Assembly: GCA_024137785.1 (NCBI GenBank)
Contig: JAHRHZ010000030.1
Location: forward strand, 29,483,382 to 29,547,381
Direction of reading: 5' to 3'
Length of the DNA stretch: 64,000 nucleotides
From: Ginglymostoma cirratum
Lineage: Eukaryota
Both the position numbers and the translations under genes were made by a program. Numbering within the stretch: the first letter of the stretch is position 1; each line of letters starts with the position of its first letter. A model generated the notes under the pieces. It saw only the letters and a program-made list of their open reading frames with translations, did no database searches and was not told where the DNA came from. Of the stretch, positions 35,984-50,047 are shown in pieces.

Positions 35984-36163
35984 CTCATTGTCAGAAAGAG
36001 CATGAATGACCCGGATTGATGACTTGGGGATGACATTGTTTTTGTGGTTCAGAGCCTGAATAACTTTAGGAAGGTGGCCTAATGGAGGTACCTGGTCTGC
36101 CAGCTGAGGCTGGGAATGGAAGAGGCAGACTGCTGCTGTGGTAACGGTTTCTAAAGTTTCACC
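35984..36163 (-). CDS. DNAJC13: DNAJC13 exon
   Basis: [33 protein letters not shown]...HALSDNE; 180 nt. Confidence 0.95.
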
Positions 36164-37422
36164 CTGTGCAGAGAAACAGACCAATTACCAATGTGTGCAA
36201 AGCATGGACTTACACAACTCTTCTAGTTAATGACATGTGGCATGCTGAGACAAAAATCTACATAAAATAAGGATAGACAATAAAGTTACTCAGCTCAATA
36301 AGGCAGCCTCTCTCTTGCATTTTCCTCACAAAGCATAAACATTTCATGATACAGATGCATGGTAAGTCATTTAGACTTCGCTGTAAGCCATCAGCGTACT
36401 ATGTGCTTTATGGCATTATTACATGAGATTTTACAGCATGCAAGTTAGCCATTTGGCCGAACATGTAGTAGAGTTAGTCTACACACGAGATGATATGTTA
36501 CATCTTACCAAGAAATCCTCCTTTTTTTGTTCCTATTTACCTATGTGGTTTCATATTAATGCATCTGTGCCATCTGCCTCAACCATTCCATGGGTTACCA
36601 TGTTGCAACTTCCCACTACTCAGTAAAAAAAGTTTCTCCTAAGTCTCCTGAGTTAAATTGCATTTTTGGCCCACAATTAAGCTCTCTCCTCCCCTCACTC
36701 CACTATTGCAATCTTCTTGATCAAACTCCTTCATGCTATTAAAGACCTCCATCAGTTCATGTGTTTTCTTTCAAAAAAGACCTAGATCTAATCAGTCTTT
36801 CCAAATTGTTGCACTTACTTTGTTCTAACACCAACCATGTAAATTGTTTTTGGCACTCTCTCCAGTTCTACTGCATCCTTTTTGTAATGTGAAGTTCAGG
36901 ACTGTGCATAGTAACTCTTAAATGTGACATAAACTCCGGTTTGATAGATGTTCACCATGAAGTCAAAAGCAGAGAGCTAATTTCTACAGAAATAGACACT
37001 AGTGCTTTCTTTGCACTTATGAATTTGTGTAACTGCATAGCTTCTTTTTCATGATTTGTGAACTTCTGCTTCAAATTGCTTCGACCATTTGGCCAATTTA
37101 GACTTTTACTTCGCTGTAAGTAGATGGCCGCCTCATTCATCCCGCCAAAAATGTAACATCCCACACTTCACAATAGAAATTAAATTTGCCATCTACATTC
37201 TCAGTCTGCAACTTTAACATCTTGTATTTTGGCAGTCTTTTTTCAATATTAATTATGTCCCACAAATGTTATCATACTTGAGCGTAGTTACACTATTTTA
37301 AATGTGAACAACTGCTACAAGTTCAAAAGTGGCTTTCAAGTTACAGAAAACAGGTCAACAATAACTTCTCTGCACATTCACTAGTTCTGAGATTAAATGC
37401 TGTTTCCACTGGTCACACTTAC

Positions 37423-37596
37423 ATGAGGATTATTCGTTTCTAGCATCTCCGTGAGTTTATCCAGCAGTCCAACAAGGAATTCTCGAGGTTTACGTAGAAC
37501 CCAACCAGGTTGTGCAATAAAGATCCTCAAGAAGACTCCTCCTACTGACAATTCACCTCCAACTTCACTATAGGCGACTGTAAAGTCTTCCGGTAA
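37423..37596 (-). CDS. DNAJC13: DNAJC13 exon
   Basis: [41 protein letters not shown]...NNPH; 174 nt. Confidence 0.95.
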
Positions 37597-38369
37597 CTGG
37601 AGAGGAGCAAGAATATTTGTTTCACATTAACAGGAGAATTTCTTTCACATGAAGCCCCCCCAATCAACTCAAACTCTCTTCCACAGAGAATGACTGAGTA
37701 GAAAAATTTGACAATTTACTATCAGTTGTAATGTCCTAGGTGAGCAGATGGTTATGCTAGTTGCCCTCCTTTTCTGTGGGGAAACATCCAATTGCAACTA
37801 CTGCCTAATATCACTGCTAACATTGCATTCACGTTGGTAAATTCAGTCTAAAGTTTACGATTAGAACTCCAGGGCAATTGTATTATTCAACTACTCTTAA
37901 ACATTCTCTCATGGGAGTTTTAAAGCAATAATGCAACAGATATATAGCCCGATCTTAGATGAAATTAATCACCACTGTCAGGTAGGCTATAATATGGGTT
38001 TTTTTCCAAACCTTGCTTGATCCCAATCTGGATATTGAAGGTGTCTGCTCAGATCATCCATTCAAGGCAGTTACATCATGGCTTGGTGCAAGACTGTGAA
38101 TCAGTTTTTCTTGGATATTCAAATCATGGTAACACAATCCACAGGATCCAATTCTTTACTAATCTCCCAATTTGTGTTTACAAACACTCCTAATATGTTT
38201 GGCATTTTCCCTCTCGAGCTGTCCAGCAACAAACACCACCTCTGGATGGTTTAAAGCCGTAATGTGTCTGGGATTTTGTTAGTCACAGGAAATAGGCAAT
38301 TCAGGTCATTTGACTTGTCCTGGAACATTTCCAATTCAAAATCCATTTGAACCCACCCCAAATATTCCA

Positions 38370-39040
38370 GCTCCCATATATATTGGGGATGACACTCTGG
38401 AATATGTTGAGGACTTTCCACATCCTTGGCAGCCAGCATAGTCAGAAGGTCACCATTGTCAAAGAGATCCACCACCATTCACCTCTGCCTTCTAAAAGGA
38501 TTTGACAGCAAATGCTGAATAAGCCAGACCTTTATACTTGGTCTGCTCTGTTCAGGGCAGTTGTCATCACCACATTCCTCTACTTCACAGTGGGACCTAG
38601 ACTATCAACAATGCATAAACATTCTAGAGAAATTCCACCAGCAATACTTTTCAGCGCACGTTTCAAATTCAAATTCAATGAGAACAAGCGCCAACATCCT
38701 TCTCGAATACAGCTCCACAAGATTTCATGAAAAAGTTCCTGCAGAATCAACTCTGACGGACTGAATTGTGACCAGTTGTCAAAAAAGTCTCCTTCACCAA
38801 GTTTTATTTTCTCAACTCTCAAAACGTACAGCTTACCAGGGCAGGAAAAAGAAAATGCTTCAAAGACACTGAAGCACAGGTGCATCAATATGACTGGGAG
38901 GACTCGTTGCCAATTGCTCAAGGCGGCAACAGGTTATCCATTAAGCGACACCAGAGAAGGAAAGAAAAGGAAGCAAATCCTGCGCTTTGGATCCCACTAC
39001 CTCCCAGTAAATATCGGTCTCCCGAATCACAAACAGCCAA
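38370..39040 (+). mobile_element. RTE-clade LINE fragment
   Basis: Frameshifted LEYVEDFP, FRAVVITTFLY, ILEKFHQQ, DWED, IGL.NH blocks matching the RTE ORF C-terminal half. Confidence 0.7.
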
Positions 39041-40528
39041 TGCAGAAATCTGTCCCCAAGAAGACATCATCCTCAAATCAAGAAACCAGCGGTGTGACAT
39101 ATGCCAGGAGACAAATTTATTAATTGGTACAAACACCTTGAAAACTTCTCTCAAATTCGCCACTGACTGCTTAGTTAGCTCAAGTTGAACATGACGTGAT
39201 TGACCAAGGAATCCCTCGATAACTTAACTTGTCTCTTTAGGAAATCTACAAAAGAACTCATCGACAAATCTTAAAATCAGCTGACTGGGGATGAAAGTAG
39301 TTCTATAGGAACGGGAATTTGTTTGCATCTCATAGGAGCTGATTTATCTGTAATTTCTGAAATACATGTGCCATAAATAACGTTCTACGTTTTAATGACC
39401 TCCTTGTATTTTCCTCAAACCGTCATTTTAGCCCGAATTTAGTGTCCTATCTGCCACTCGTCACTGTAGTGGCTAGAATAATGTTGGACTTCTCTTACTT
39501 CAATTAAGATTAACTGCCAGTCCAATGACAAGTTCTCACTCTCAGCATATAATATCGAGTAAGTGTGGGTCATGAAGGGCCAGAGACGGCGCCTCTGTAA
39601 ATACAAGCAAAGTAAGAACTATTCTAGTCATCTATAATATGGAACTTGAGGAAATTCACAGAAACCTGCACTCAATTCATCGAGACAAGCAATAAAAAAT
39701 TTCCTTTCGTGTTAAATTATTTTCTCATGGAATGATTTGACAAAATCCAGTTGACATTAAGGGCTGTTTATGGGCTCAAATTTAAAAATATTTTGTTCTT
39801 GATTCCAGTTGCAAATTTAACCAGTAACAGTTAGGTATAGCAAGATAAATACAAAATGAAATAAAAATGCACTTCAGTATCCATGGGATTGAAATCAAAA
39901 CCCCAGTGTTATAAGTGCTGCTGCGATCCAGAAACTAAGCTGGACTACACACACAATATGGAAATTGCAGTAAGGAGGATCTTCGAATTTTTATATTTAA
40001 AGAAAAGTGAATAATCATTCTCACTATCCATTATTTTACTAATGAGAAATAGCAGAAATAAGAATCAATTATGCCGTGGTAAAAGGGTGTGTGGGAATTC
40101 AACGAGCAAATTTGATGTACATCAGTTTAGAACAGGAACACTGTGAAATAAAGTTTCAGTGCCGTCTGCAGTACTCACATCAAACCTCATTCTTTTTGAT
40201 AGGGGAATCGAAATAAGTTGCATTCAAATAATGGTATGTTACCATCCTCATCTCTTCTGACTTTCCCACTGCTCAAAGTGGAAACAACTAAACTGGAAAG
40301 AGGTTTTTTGGTAAGTCTACAAACTGACCTTTACCAGTGTTGAACTTCACTGGTCGTAGTAAATATTCATCGAAAGAAACATGCTCTACCTCTTGACAAA
40401 AACCACTCGGCATCAAGGCATTATTCAAACCGAGTCAATTAGGCAACACCTACACCCTAAGTCAATATCAAAGTCATAGGAGATGTAACGCCTTTACAGA
40501 ATCTATTATTTATACAATCTCTGCATAC

Positions 40529-40571
40529 CTTCCAATTCACATCTGGATTGTCACGCTGTTGCTTGAAGTGG
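40529..40571 (-). CDS. DNAJC13: DNAJC13 small exon
   Basis: (D)HFKQQRDNPDVNWK; AAG| and |GTATGC; 43 nt, phases fit. Confidence 0.9.
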
Positions 40572-41189
40572 CTTTAAAAGAAAGAACAAACCTAGTTTAA
40601 TTGAGAATTCAATTTCAGTAAAGCAGCACCACACCCTTACTTTGTGAGAGTGAACTATTGGAAATGATTGGTGGATTATTTATTAGTTGCACTGGGAATG
40701 AGATCAGTGTAATTTCAAAACCATTGTCCTAGAAATAAGAGTCTCTTCCCCCCTCTCTCCCACATCCCTGTAAGTGTATGTGGAAATTCCTTGCATCCTC
40801 CCTGCATTTGAAAGTTTGCACTTCACTAAGACCATAGTATAAAGGACTCTTTTCTATTGCCCACCAGCAACTGGAGGACTCATCAAGATCGTAAATGTAG
40901 TGCTAATTAATGGAACTATTGCAGTGGAAATACCCTGGAATTGAGCCCAGGCCATAGTTGAAGAACTAATGTCTAACAAACTGCACTAAAGCCAACAAAA
41001 GTAAATTCAAACACTTCATCTTGAGGTTAAGCTAATGCATCCAGAACAAAAATACTGCTCTTAATTTCCTCAAGTTTTATTAAATCTATTAAGACTGTGT
41101 AATAATTCAGCCATGACACAAACTATTTTCTCCACATTGTTATTGTGGAAAGGCAGGGAAATAAAATAGTTGCACCTCTACATCATATC

Positions 41190-41418
41190 ACTTTTTTTTC
41201 TAAATTCAATTACAGGATTTGGGCATCACTGACCAGGTCAGTATTTATTGCCCATCCCTAATTGCCCAGAAGGCAGTTAAGAGTCAACGACATTGCTGTG
41301 GGTCTGGAGTCACATATAAACCAGACAGTAAGGAAGGCAGTTTCCTTCCCTGAAGGGCATTAGGGATTCTCCGACAACAATAGTTATCGGTGGTCACCAT
41401 TAGACTACTAATTCAAAA

Positions 41419-41449
<31 letters not shown>

Positions 41450-41565
41450 GAATTCAAACTTCACCATCTGTCACGGTAGGATCTGAATCCAGGTTACCTG
41501 AACACTATCATTGCTAGATTATTAATCCAGGAGATAACAATACCACTAGACTATTGCCTCCCCAA
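41190..41565 (-). mobile_element. tRNA-derived SINE with LINE-like tail and internal poly-T run
   Basis: Minus-strand head GGGAGGCAATAGTCTAGTGGTATT...CCTGGATTCAGATCC (A/B-box-like); other copies at ~5.2 kb and ~46.9 kb. Confidence 0.75.
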
Positions 41566-44075
41566 ATGCAAGAAGCTTACTTTTAAAATGATACTCCTCA
41601 CATCTTTAACCTTTGCATAATGTAAATCAATTCCCACAAATAAAAGGGATGGGCCAACACAACTGAGCAGCCCAGGAGAGGGTATCCACCACTGCATTAC
41701 CACATCATTATCATTTCATGTGGTTTCCTCCCTCCTTCCCCAATATACATTTTAACAGTTTCTCAGTTTTAACACGCCCACTGCTTTATGGGAATCCAAC
41801 TTCAGCAATAATTAACATTGGGAAAGATGAGCTTCAGTTGTTCCAGGCACGTTTTAAAAAGAACCAAAAAAAGGGTAGGCAGCAGGAAACTTGGTACATG
41901 GGAGCCAAATAGAAATACACCACAAGGCAAGCAACTAAGAAACAATGGCTCGATTGATTTCCTTATTGAAATGCAAATTTAAAAAAACAAAAGTAATTAG
42001 TAAACTTTATTTTAATGCCAGCTTGGAACACCAACCAATTGTATTTTCAGCTGTCAGTCAGACACATCCAAATTTTGGCCAGTTAATAGTGGCATTCGTC
42101 AGGGGAAGCCACCTCAGTTCAGAACAGACATGGAGAACACTAAAGGATATCTTGGAAAGGCTGGCACTGATGATTGGATGCCACAAATCGAGTTCTGAAG
42201 CTTTGTTTGCTCAACAAGCACAAACAGCTATTGAAGATTTAACGACTAGGTGCACACTATTTGTTCTTGTTTGGTTGCTTTTTGAGAGGGGACTGCACTC
42301 AGTTGGCCCAAAAAGTACTCTCCTTAATTCCCCCAGAAATCCTGTTGGCTATGAAAGCACTCAAGGCATCAGGGGCAAGAAAAATACCAAGGAGATATTG
42401 CAAAATATTGACAAAACAGAAAAATGCAATATTTGAGAGATGTTTTTTCCAAAGCTGATTATTACAGGAAGCTGTAAACAAGGAAGATTTCTCCATGTTT
42501 CAAAACCACTCTCCATGTCTGTGGGCTGAAGACCATCAATCTTTTATATCTAATACTTTCCTTTCATAACTTGAATTAAGTAATGCTGAAAAGAAAACCT
42601 TAAAGCTTTCAGTCTTGCACTTTGCAGGGCAATTTGTAAGCATATCAATTTAAGCGAAAAACTAACATTTACACAGAGGAGAGTGCTATTTGATCTTATG
42701 CAATATAAAAGTTAGCTTTCCCCTTGAATGGAGATGATTGTAAATTGTCCTGATTTATGTTAAGCAAAGCTTCAACAAGATGCGTCTTTTTTCAGCCGTA
42801 GTCAACTTCTGTATTACCAAAAACTACTCGTATCTACTGACTGTCTTGACTTCACTTCCAGCTAATGTTTTACTCCAAATACCCATTTATCTTAGTTTGT
42901 ACAGAGGTCTCATGTCTTTAATGAACATTTTACGGAAGAGAGACTCTTGATTATTGGAATTTCTTGAAAATATACACAATTAGTGTTTGGACTCTCGCAT
43001 TTTTAGTTTCAACATACATGAGCACCTTAGACAGAAAATAGCTTTTACTTTAAGCCTGATTTCCAAAATTTGTAGATTATACCTACATTACAGGCAGAGA
43101 TGATAACAAATACAAACAGATTCTGAAGGATTAAACTAGATCAGTGTTTGCCAGTTGCAATTCATTGTAGATAAATAGGACCTGTGTGAAAAAATAAAAT
43201 CAAGAGCGGGCACAAACTGGAATAGTTGTGCAGCGTGATCAAGAGATTATAGGAGTTGTAAAAAATCTAAAATGCCACCAGCACAACACATTTCTAATTA
43301 TAAAAGAAAATGGAAAACAAAAGTAAAGCATTGCACTTAAAGAGAGTGCAAATCTACATCAGTGCTAAAATGGTCATGTGAACTGGCTTGAGGAAAGCTG
43401 CGTTATTAAGACTGTCATGAAACAAGTGGAGACACCTGGGCAGAAGTGCGTCACTTTGGTGACGATAACTATATCAGTGAAATGCAGATACAGCAAAGTT
43501 CTTGTTGGAGATCACTTGCTGATTAAACTGCGTCAAAGAATGGTTAGACTTTGCCAGAGGAAAATATAGAGTGAAGAAAGAATGTGGGACTGCACATGGT
43601 GGTACGTACATAAGTGAGAAATCAGTGACATTTACCTTTTTATTAAATATTTTAAACATGTTATTTTTCATAGAAGTCACAAACCTAAGTAACTCCACTA
43701 GTTAAAGTGTAATTTACAGATTCTGAACATAATTTGCTTGGTAATTCATTAACTTATGCTGATTTGTTGCTTTGTTGCTTTGTAGTTAGAGTTAAAAAGA
43801 AGGTGAAATCTTGTCCGTTAGTTTTTTCTGTTGGGGTCAGTTGAGAAGTTCAGTTGTTTCACATTATTGGTCTCCAATCAGGTCACCTGAGGGTCATAAC
43901 ACCTATATTAAAACCATTTACGCATTTTCCTAAATTATGCACAACAGCTTGAGTCACATTCTGGTACAAAACAGTTTTACCATCGTGTCCAGAGAGCACA
44001 AGGAGAAATCCCAAAATAACTTTTATTTTCAGGTTCAAATTCTTTTAAAAATGGACAACCCTTGTTGGATTCAAA

Positions 44076-44294
44076 TAAACCAAAGAACTCCAGGTAGTGG
44101 AAGTCAGACCCTGCTGGAAACACTCAGCAGGTCAGGCAGCATCTGTGGGGAGAAAGCAGAGTTAATGTTTCAGATCCTGTGACCCCTCTTCAGAACAGTG
44201 TTGTGAAGAGTGATCACTGGACCTGAAACGTTAACTCTGCTTTCTCTCCACAGATGCTGCTTGACCTGCTGAGTTTTTCTAGCAATTTCCAATT
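44076..44294 (-). mobile_element. Palindromic Penelope-derived mini-element with hammerhead motif on the minus strand
   Basis: Minus strand GTT-CTGAAGA-G-GGGTC-ACAG-GATCT-GAAA-CATT-AAC at 44196-44161; flanking repeat TTG(T/C)TG(G/A)ATTCAAA at 44062-44075 and 44295-44308. Confidence 0.8.
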
Positions 44295-45310
44295 TTGCTG
44301 AATTCAAAATGGCCAAGGCCATTCACAATCATATTTCCAGAAGCTTCTGAACCTCTGGCACTGTACAGACAACGCAGCTGAAGATTATATAAACTACTTG
44401 GAGATGAACCATCTGCTTCCACCTTGCTCTGGACAAAGGGAAACATCAAGCTCCATTATGCTAAACCTAGTGTTTATGATTTTAACTTTTACGTCATTGC
44501 CCCACAAAGGGGAGGTAAAGCCATGCTGTTAGCTAAAAAGCCTTCCACCAGCCCATGGAGAATAGTGGGCTGCAGTTACCCGAAATGCCAGTGTCCAATG
44601 ACCGAAGTCTGAACTTGTTGATTTGGTGAAACCTAGAAGTCCCGAATTCTAAGTCAGCTGTTTGATTTTCACAGGAAAGGCAAAAAAAGCGTGTTGCCTC
44701 AGGTCCTCCATCTGTCCCCAAGAAAATAATACTACACTTTGCTTGCAAGGAGGAAGAACTACAGGGCTCAGCTCAGAGAAAACTACTATTGGATACGGAC
44801 TTCTGGGAAGTTGCGGCTCACCTGAATTGATTTTTTTTTTTTAATTCCTCTGGACTGATCAAACTTGTCATTTATAACTGCTCTCCTTAATTTTTGAGAG
44901 ATAGTGGAGAAATGAAGCATTTTCCTCGTGTTTTGAATGCGTTGACAATAAACCCTATTTTTGATTTCATCCGAAAAGGCTTTAGCTGCAGGTTTACTTC
45001 AAAAAACAAAATCAGAATCCAAAAGCCAGGGTTTGGAGAACATCTATCAGCATACCTCAGTAAGGAATGGGAGTAAAAAGGAAAAGTAGCAAATCAAACG
45101 ATATCTCAATATCACAGGCTTGGAGAAGGTAAAAGCATTTATAGTTTAAAATTTACCCTCATTCTACATCCCTATGTCTGTACAAAAACCACCTGATAAG
45201 AGGGTAAAGTTGCTCAATGTATGCGGGGCATCTATACAAAATTAAACGCTTCTTAAATTTGAAAAGGAACAGACAAAAATCAGAATTCAATGCAACATTG
45301 GTTTACGTAC

Positions 45311-45480
45311 TCTAGCATCATTTGTCGGACTGTTGCAGACACCTTTTCCCTGGAATTGTCATTCCATATTAGCTCTGGGTTTTCATGTGTCCCCTCAAAT
45401 ATGTGCACAGATGCTTCAGGATTGTCCCTCATAGCATCCATGAAGACACTTGGTAGAAATTTGGTCAACGTGATTCTCAC
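45311..45480 (-). CDS. DNAJC13: DNAJC13 exon
   Basis: [48 protein letters not shown]; 170 nt. Confidence 0.96.
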
Positions 45481-46634
45481 CTAAATCAGAATTAAATTAT
45501 GGTTATTGAAACAGTTCAGCAGCATTTCATTGTAAACATCATTAACACAATGACACTGAAAACGTATCAATTAATGAGGTATTGTATCCCCAACTGCAGC
45601 TCTTCCTTTTCCATAAGGCATAGGAGCGTAAGTAGGCCAGTCCGCCCTTTGAATCTGCTTCATGAGATCATGGCCGATCTGGTAATCCTCAGCTCCGCTT
45701 TCCTGTCTTTTCCTCATAACCTTTGATTTTCTTACTGATTAAAAACCTATTTCTGCCTTGAATATACCAGATAATTATAAAAGCGGTATGTGATATTTCT
45801 GTAAAACTAGTCTTTAAATAAACCATGGAGTAATTTTATTTACAAAGAAACCTGGGTCAGGCGTCCAGGACAGGATGATTTGAATTGAGGCAACCCTACA
45901 TGAATTTCCTTTCTGGAGACTGATTCCATCTCTGCCATTTCTGTCCATTTAGTTACAAGATTTTCCAAAAAAGGATTAGCCAAACCCATACAGGAAAAGA
46001 AAACAGTAAGATAGCATTGCAAGAAGGAAACTACCACATCTCTTGAAAATCATCATCAAGCTCCACAACTGTTGCTAACTTTGAAATTGAACAAGTGGCC
46101 CTGATCTATTGCTAGAAGGTTTCAGAAACTTGACAGAATGTGAACAGGTTGGTGCTGTTTGGAAAAAAGTAGAGCAGGCTTAATGGAAAGGACAAAAATA
46201 AACTGTCTAGTTTGGGTTGATAAATGGTGGAAACAGTAGCAAAAGCCCAAAGTCCAACATTAATAAAAACAAACACCAAAATATCCAAAGACAAAACCTT
46301 CAAAGTTACACAGGTACTACTTGCACAGTAAAGGCCTTGGTTACGCAACTCACCACCTCAAATATACAGCATTAGTTATTTTGTCAAGTGACAGTTTCCT
46401 ATAACAATCCGAAATTGCACACCAACAAAACCACCAGGAATACCAAGTTTAAAAATAATTTGCAATACATCTTTGTTCACAAACATGCTTCATCGCAGAA
46501 ACGTAGAAAACGGGAGATGTAGGCCATTCCATTCTTTGAGCCTGTTCCAACGTCAAGTATGGCAATGCCTGATCCTACTAGTCCAACTATTTCACCTTTT
46601 TATAAAGCCATTAGGATTTTAAACAATTACACAC

Positions 46635-46747
46635 CTTTGGTCCAATGAGTTTGTCTGTAATCATTTTGGCAAAGAGCTCTGCAGTCTGTGCTCGAACCTG
46701 AGGCTGAGTTGAATTACAAAACATATCTAATAGATATATAAGGGAAC
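46635..46747 (-). CDS. DNAJC13: DNAJC13 exon
   Basis: [38 protein letters not shown]; 113 nt. Confidence 0.95.
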
Positions 46748-48003
46748 CTGCACAGAAGCAGAATGATAAATAACTTCATTTGCACTTCAAAATTAACTCA
46801 AACAGAAGACAAAATTTCAAAATGGAAAAACATTGAGCTAGCAATTTAATAAGCACGTCAATCTCCCAATTCAAGAACGATTTCTTAAAGATGGAATTTT
46901 ATTCAAGTTGAACAGGTGACTTCAATGAGCATTTACTTAGCTGGTCTGGTCTGCATGTGACTAGACCACAGCAACGTGGTCAGCTCTTAACTGCCCTCTG
47001 GACAATTAGGAACAGGAAGCAAATTCTGGCCTAATTATGTTCTATGAAGAAATAACCAGATAAAAAATTGACAAAGAACAACTGAAGCTGTTGTTGAAGG
47101 CTTGGTATTCTATTATGTTGTAAATTTTGAACTCAAATTAGGAACCTGCGTGCAAATGTTTGAAACGTACAATTAAATGCAGATAAAGTCCTCTCTGTTC
47201 TGCTTGAGGTTTAAAAGAGTGCCCTTTAGTTTCACAAGGTATTTCATCATTTTCTTTACTGGCAATTCAACCACTCTCCTTTAGATATGCTTAGATAAAA
47301 AAAAATCCCGAATAAACTAGTGACAAAAATGGCATAACACAACACAAGATCATTTCTAAACAGTAAGCAATATGATGTGTCAGGTTAATAAATCCTGGTA
47401 ATCTACAGTTTGCTAAATGTAAACCTAGTGTGTTAAGAAAAAACATGTGCGTGTCAGAAACCATATTACTTCATTAGCTTTTGACATTAATCCTGTTGAA
47501 AATATCTTATCTCAGTCACAAAATGCAAATTGCAAAGACATTACAGCAGTGATTTCAATAGTGATGTTATTTCAAACCTGTATTCTTTTCAGTAATTTGA
47601 CTGTCAGCTGCAATATGACGATTACCATTGCAAAATTATTCACAAGTGTACATGCTCTCATTAGAGGTAAACATTCACAGCTTGCTACAAAAAAATTAGA
47701 CAAAATGTATTTTTTTTAAAAAAATTAACCTTTTTTCTAATCAACTTGTCAATAGATGTTATTACACACATCTGGAATAGGTGGGACTTGAACCCAGACC
47801 TCCAGGTCCAGGTAAGGACACTACCACTGTGCCACAAGAGAGCCCAGAGGAATGTATTCCAGACTAACTACACAACTGAAAGCAGGTGGCTATTGGATCT
47901 GCTCGCTTTTAAGTGCAACTAAATACAAGAATGTACATTTATATCTTGACTGTAAACTAATCATGTATAATATACAATGAAGTTAGTTAAACAATTGCTT
48001 TAC

Positions 48004-48078
48004 CTTTTCCCATGGCTTCTTTTATGATCTTAGTGTTTGACATCAAAGCATAAAGGGTTTCAAGGACAAGCTGTCGAC
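48004..48078 (-). CDS. DNAJC13: DNAJC13 exon
   Basis: [24 protein letters not shown]; 75 nt. Confidence 0.94.
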
Positions 48079-49947
48079 CTAAGAAATAATAATATTGGGA
48101 ATTTCCACCTTTTAGTTCATTGACTTGAAAATGTATCTAGTAGAGGATACTTATAAATAATTTGCAATTAAAGTCTGATAGTGCATTCAGATTCCCTGTA
48201 TGGTGAATTGCACCAAATTAGGAAACAAAGTTTAACACAATTCATTCCGTTTTTTTCTCCTCGTTCAATTCCTTTTAAAATCCCCTTCACTTGCAATATC
48301 AACCAGTTCCGAGGAGCCCAGATTCAAAGTGATTTGGCTATTCCTTCCATAGTTTCAGCCCACAAATCTTCATTGGTTTTGGCAAGTGAGGCAAAAGAAA
48401 TGAACAATGTCAGGATGAAGCAATGTTCCACATACTATAACTTTTCCATCATTCAATATTGTTGTGGTGTCTATTCCTCATCCTGTTAAGCGACACCTTT
48501 CAATACTGTTGCTGGCTCTGACACGTGTCCCTCTCCATTTTCAGCAATTTAACATTTTCAACACAGCATTTTCAATGTTTGGATGTTACTTTAAGATACA
48601 ATGATCAAACTGGGAAACATAATTGGGTTAGAGATACTAAGTGATATTAAGCAACAGGCTACAACAAAATGGAGCTCAAGATTCACATGGGAGAATGGAC
48701 GCGGCAGGACACGACACGACACAGTAGTCAGCAACGGCTCAGGAAGGACTTCAGAAACAAAACTAAACAGTTGGAAATTTGCTGTACTTAAGGTAGACGA
48801 GGTGGTTTGAGCCGGGTTATGTTTGGAGAGGACTCAGTATTCAGTTCAGCCAAGGAAAAGATGGCAGGAAATGGAGAGTGAGCAGGCACAGAAGTAGTGG
48901 CACTTCATGTTTGCACAATTTTACAATTTTTTTTGACAGTTTGAGCAGTCGGCTACTATTGTAAGTAGATAAAGGGTGAAAGAAACAGAAAAGAAGGATA
49001 AGGATCAGGAATAGGGGAGTAGGTTTTCAAATTTAAGCACATATTTTGAACAATAAAAGGACTTGCTTTATGCTCAAGGTTGCAATTGCTGAAATAACTG
49101 GCATGATTAATGGCCACTGGTTGATTTACCTACAGACAAGGTGGGCTGCACCATTAGAATCCTCCCATGTTACCTTACAGCAGATACCTGAAGTGGTCTT
49201 TGGTTTTTATGCTACCTTTTTTTAAATTTGCCATTCCCCTGCTAACTTTCTCTTTGTTTTGAAGTTACATTTCTAGCTGTGGTAAATGTCATGGGGACAA
49301 AAACTAAAATACAGCACTTGTTGAAAGTCAGAAATAAAATGCTGAAACTACTTGGCATGTCAGGTACTGTGGAGAGACAACGGACAACTAATGTTTCAGT
49401 CTTGACAAGATTTTGTACAAACCCCATTGTATGAGGAAAGGGACATACAAGACCTAAATTGCTAATGCTGACTTCCTCCGCCAGCAAAGGGTGCTTGACC
49501 TGCGAAGAGTTTCCAGCATTTCCTGTTATTTGCAATTCTAAAGGGCTGGTGACTTTGATGTGATAAATAAGTGCAGGCAGGCTAACTGACTAAGCATCAA
49601 AATTAAATTAGGTTCTGCCTTCAATCAGCCCACTTTCTAGCTGTGTGTAATGGATAATAAATTTGAAGCAAGATCGCTGGCTGATTTTCCACCTCTGAAG
49701 TCTTATGGCACACTCTCCATTAAAACCAACACCAGTCAATTCAGAGGTCAGACCTGGCTCTTACCTGGATTAGGTGGCTCCATTTATAAACTGCTCTTTC
49801 CAATTGATTCATCAGGTGGATTGACTGTTCTTTAAATATTTACCACTCCTAGCTTAAAAACATTACATTTTGATTCATCTTGAGACTTTTTAATTTTAGC
49901 AAGGGATTGTAAAGTCCATTTCTGATGATTATTGAAGGGGTACTTAC

Positions 49948-50047
49948 TAGATGGCAAAGAATGCAGCAGAACTAGGAGATTAGATAGGACCAGTGATTCA
50001 GCAATGTTATTTACACATTCTTGATTAGCTGTCACTATGTTCACTAC
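49948..50047 (-). CDS. DNAJC13: DNAJC13 exon
   Basis: [33 protein letters not shown]; 100 nt. Confidence 0.95.

Noticed and set aside
39870-39950. tRNA-Ile-like sequence on the minus strand
   Set aside because: Stems do not pair and the B-box is degenerate; at most a decayed SINE head, not a tRNA gene.
41945-42436. 163-aa + strand ORF antisense to DNAJC13
   Set aside because: No recognisable motif, splice context or promoter; such ORFs are expected by chance or from decayed repeats.
4351-44196. Selection against intact hammerhead cores on the pre-mRNA strand
   Set aside because: Two TOPBP1 copies have cores only on the antisense strand, but the 44.2-kb copy has one on the sense strand; too few copies to claim a bias.
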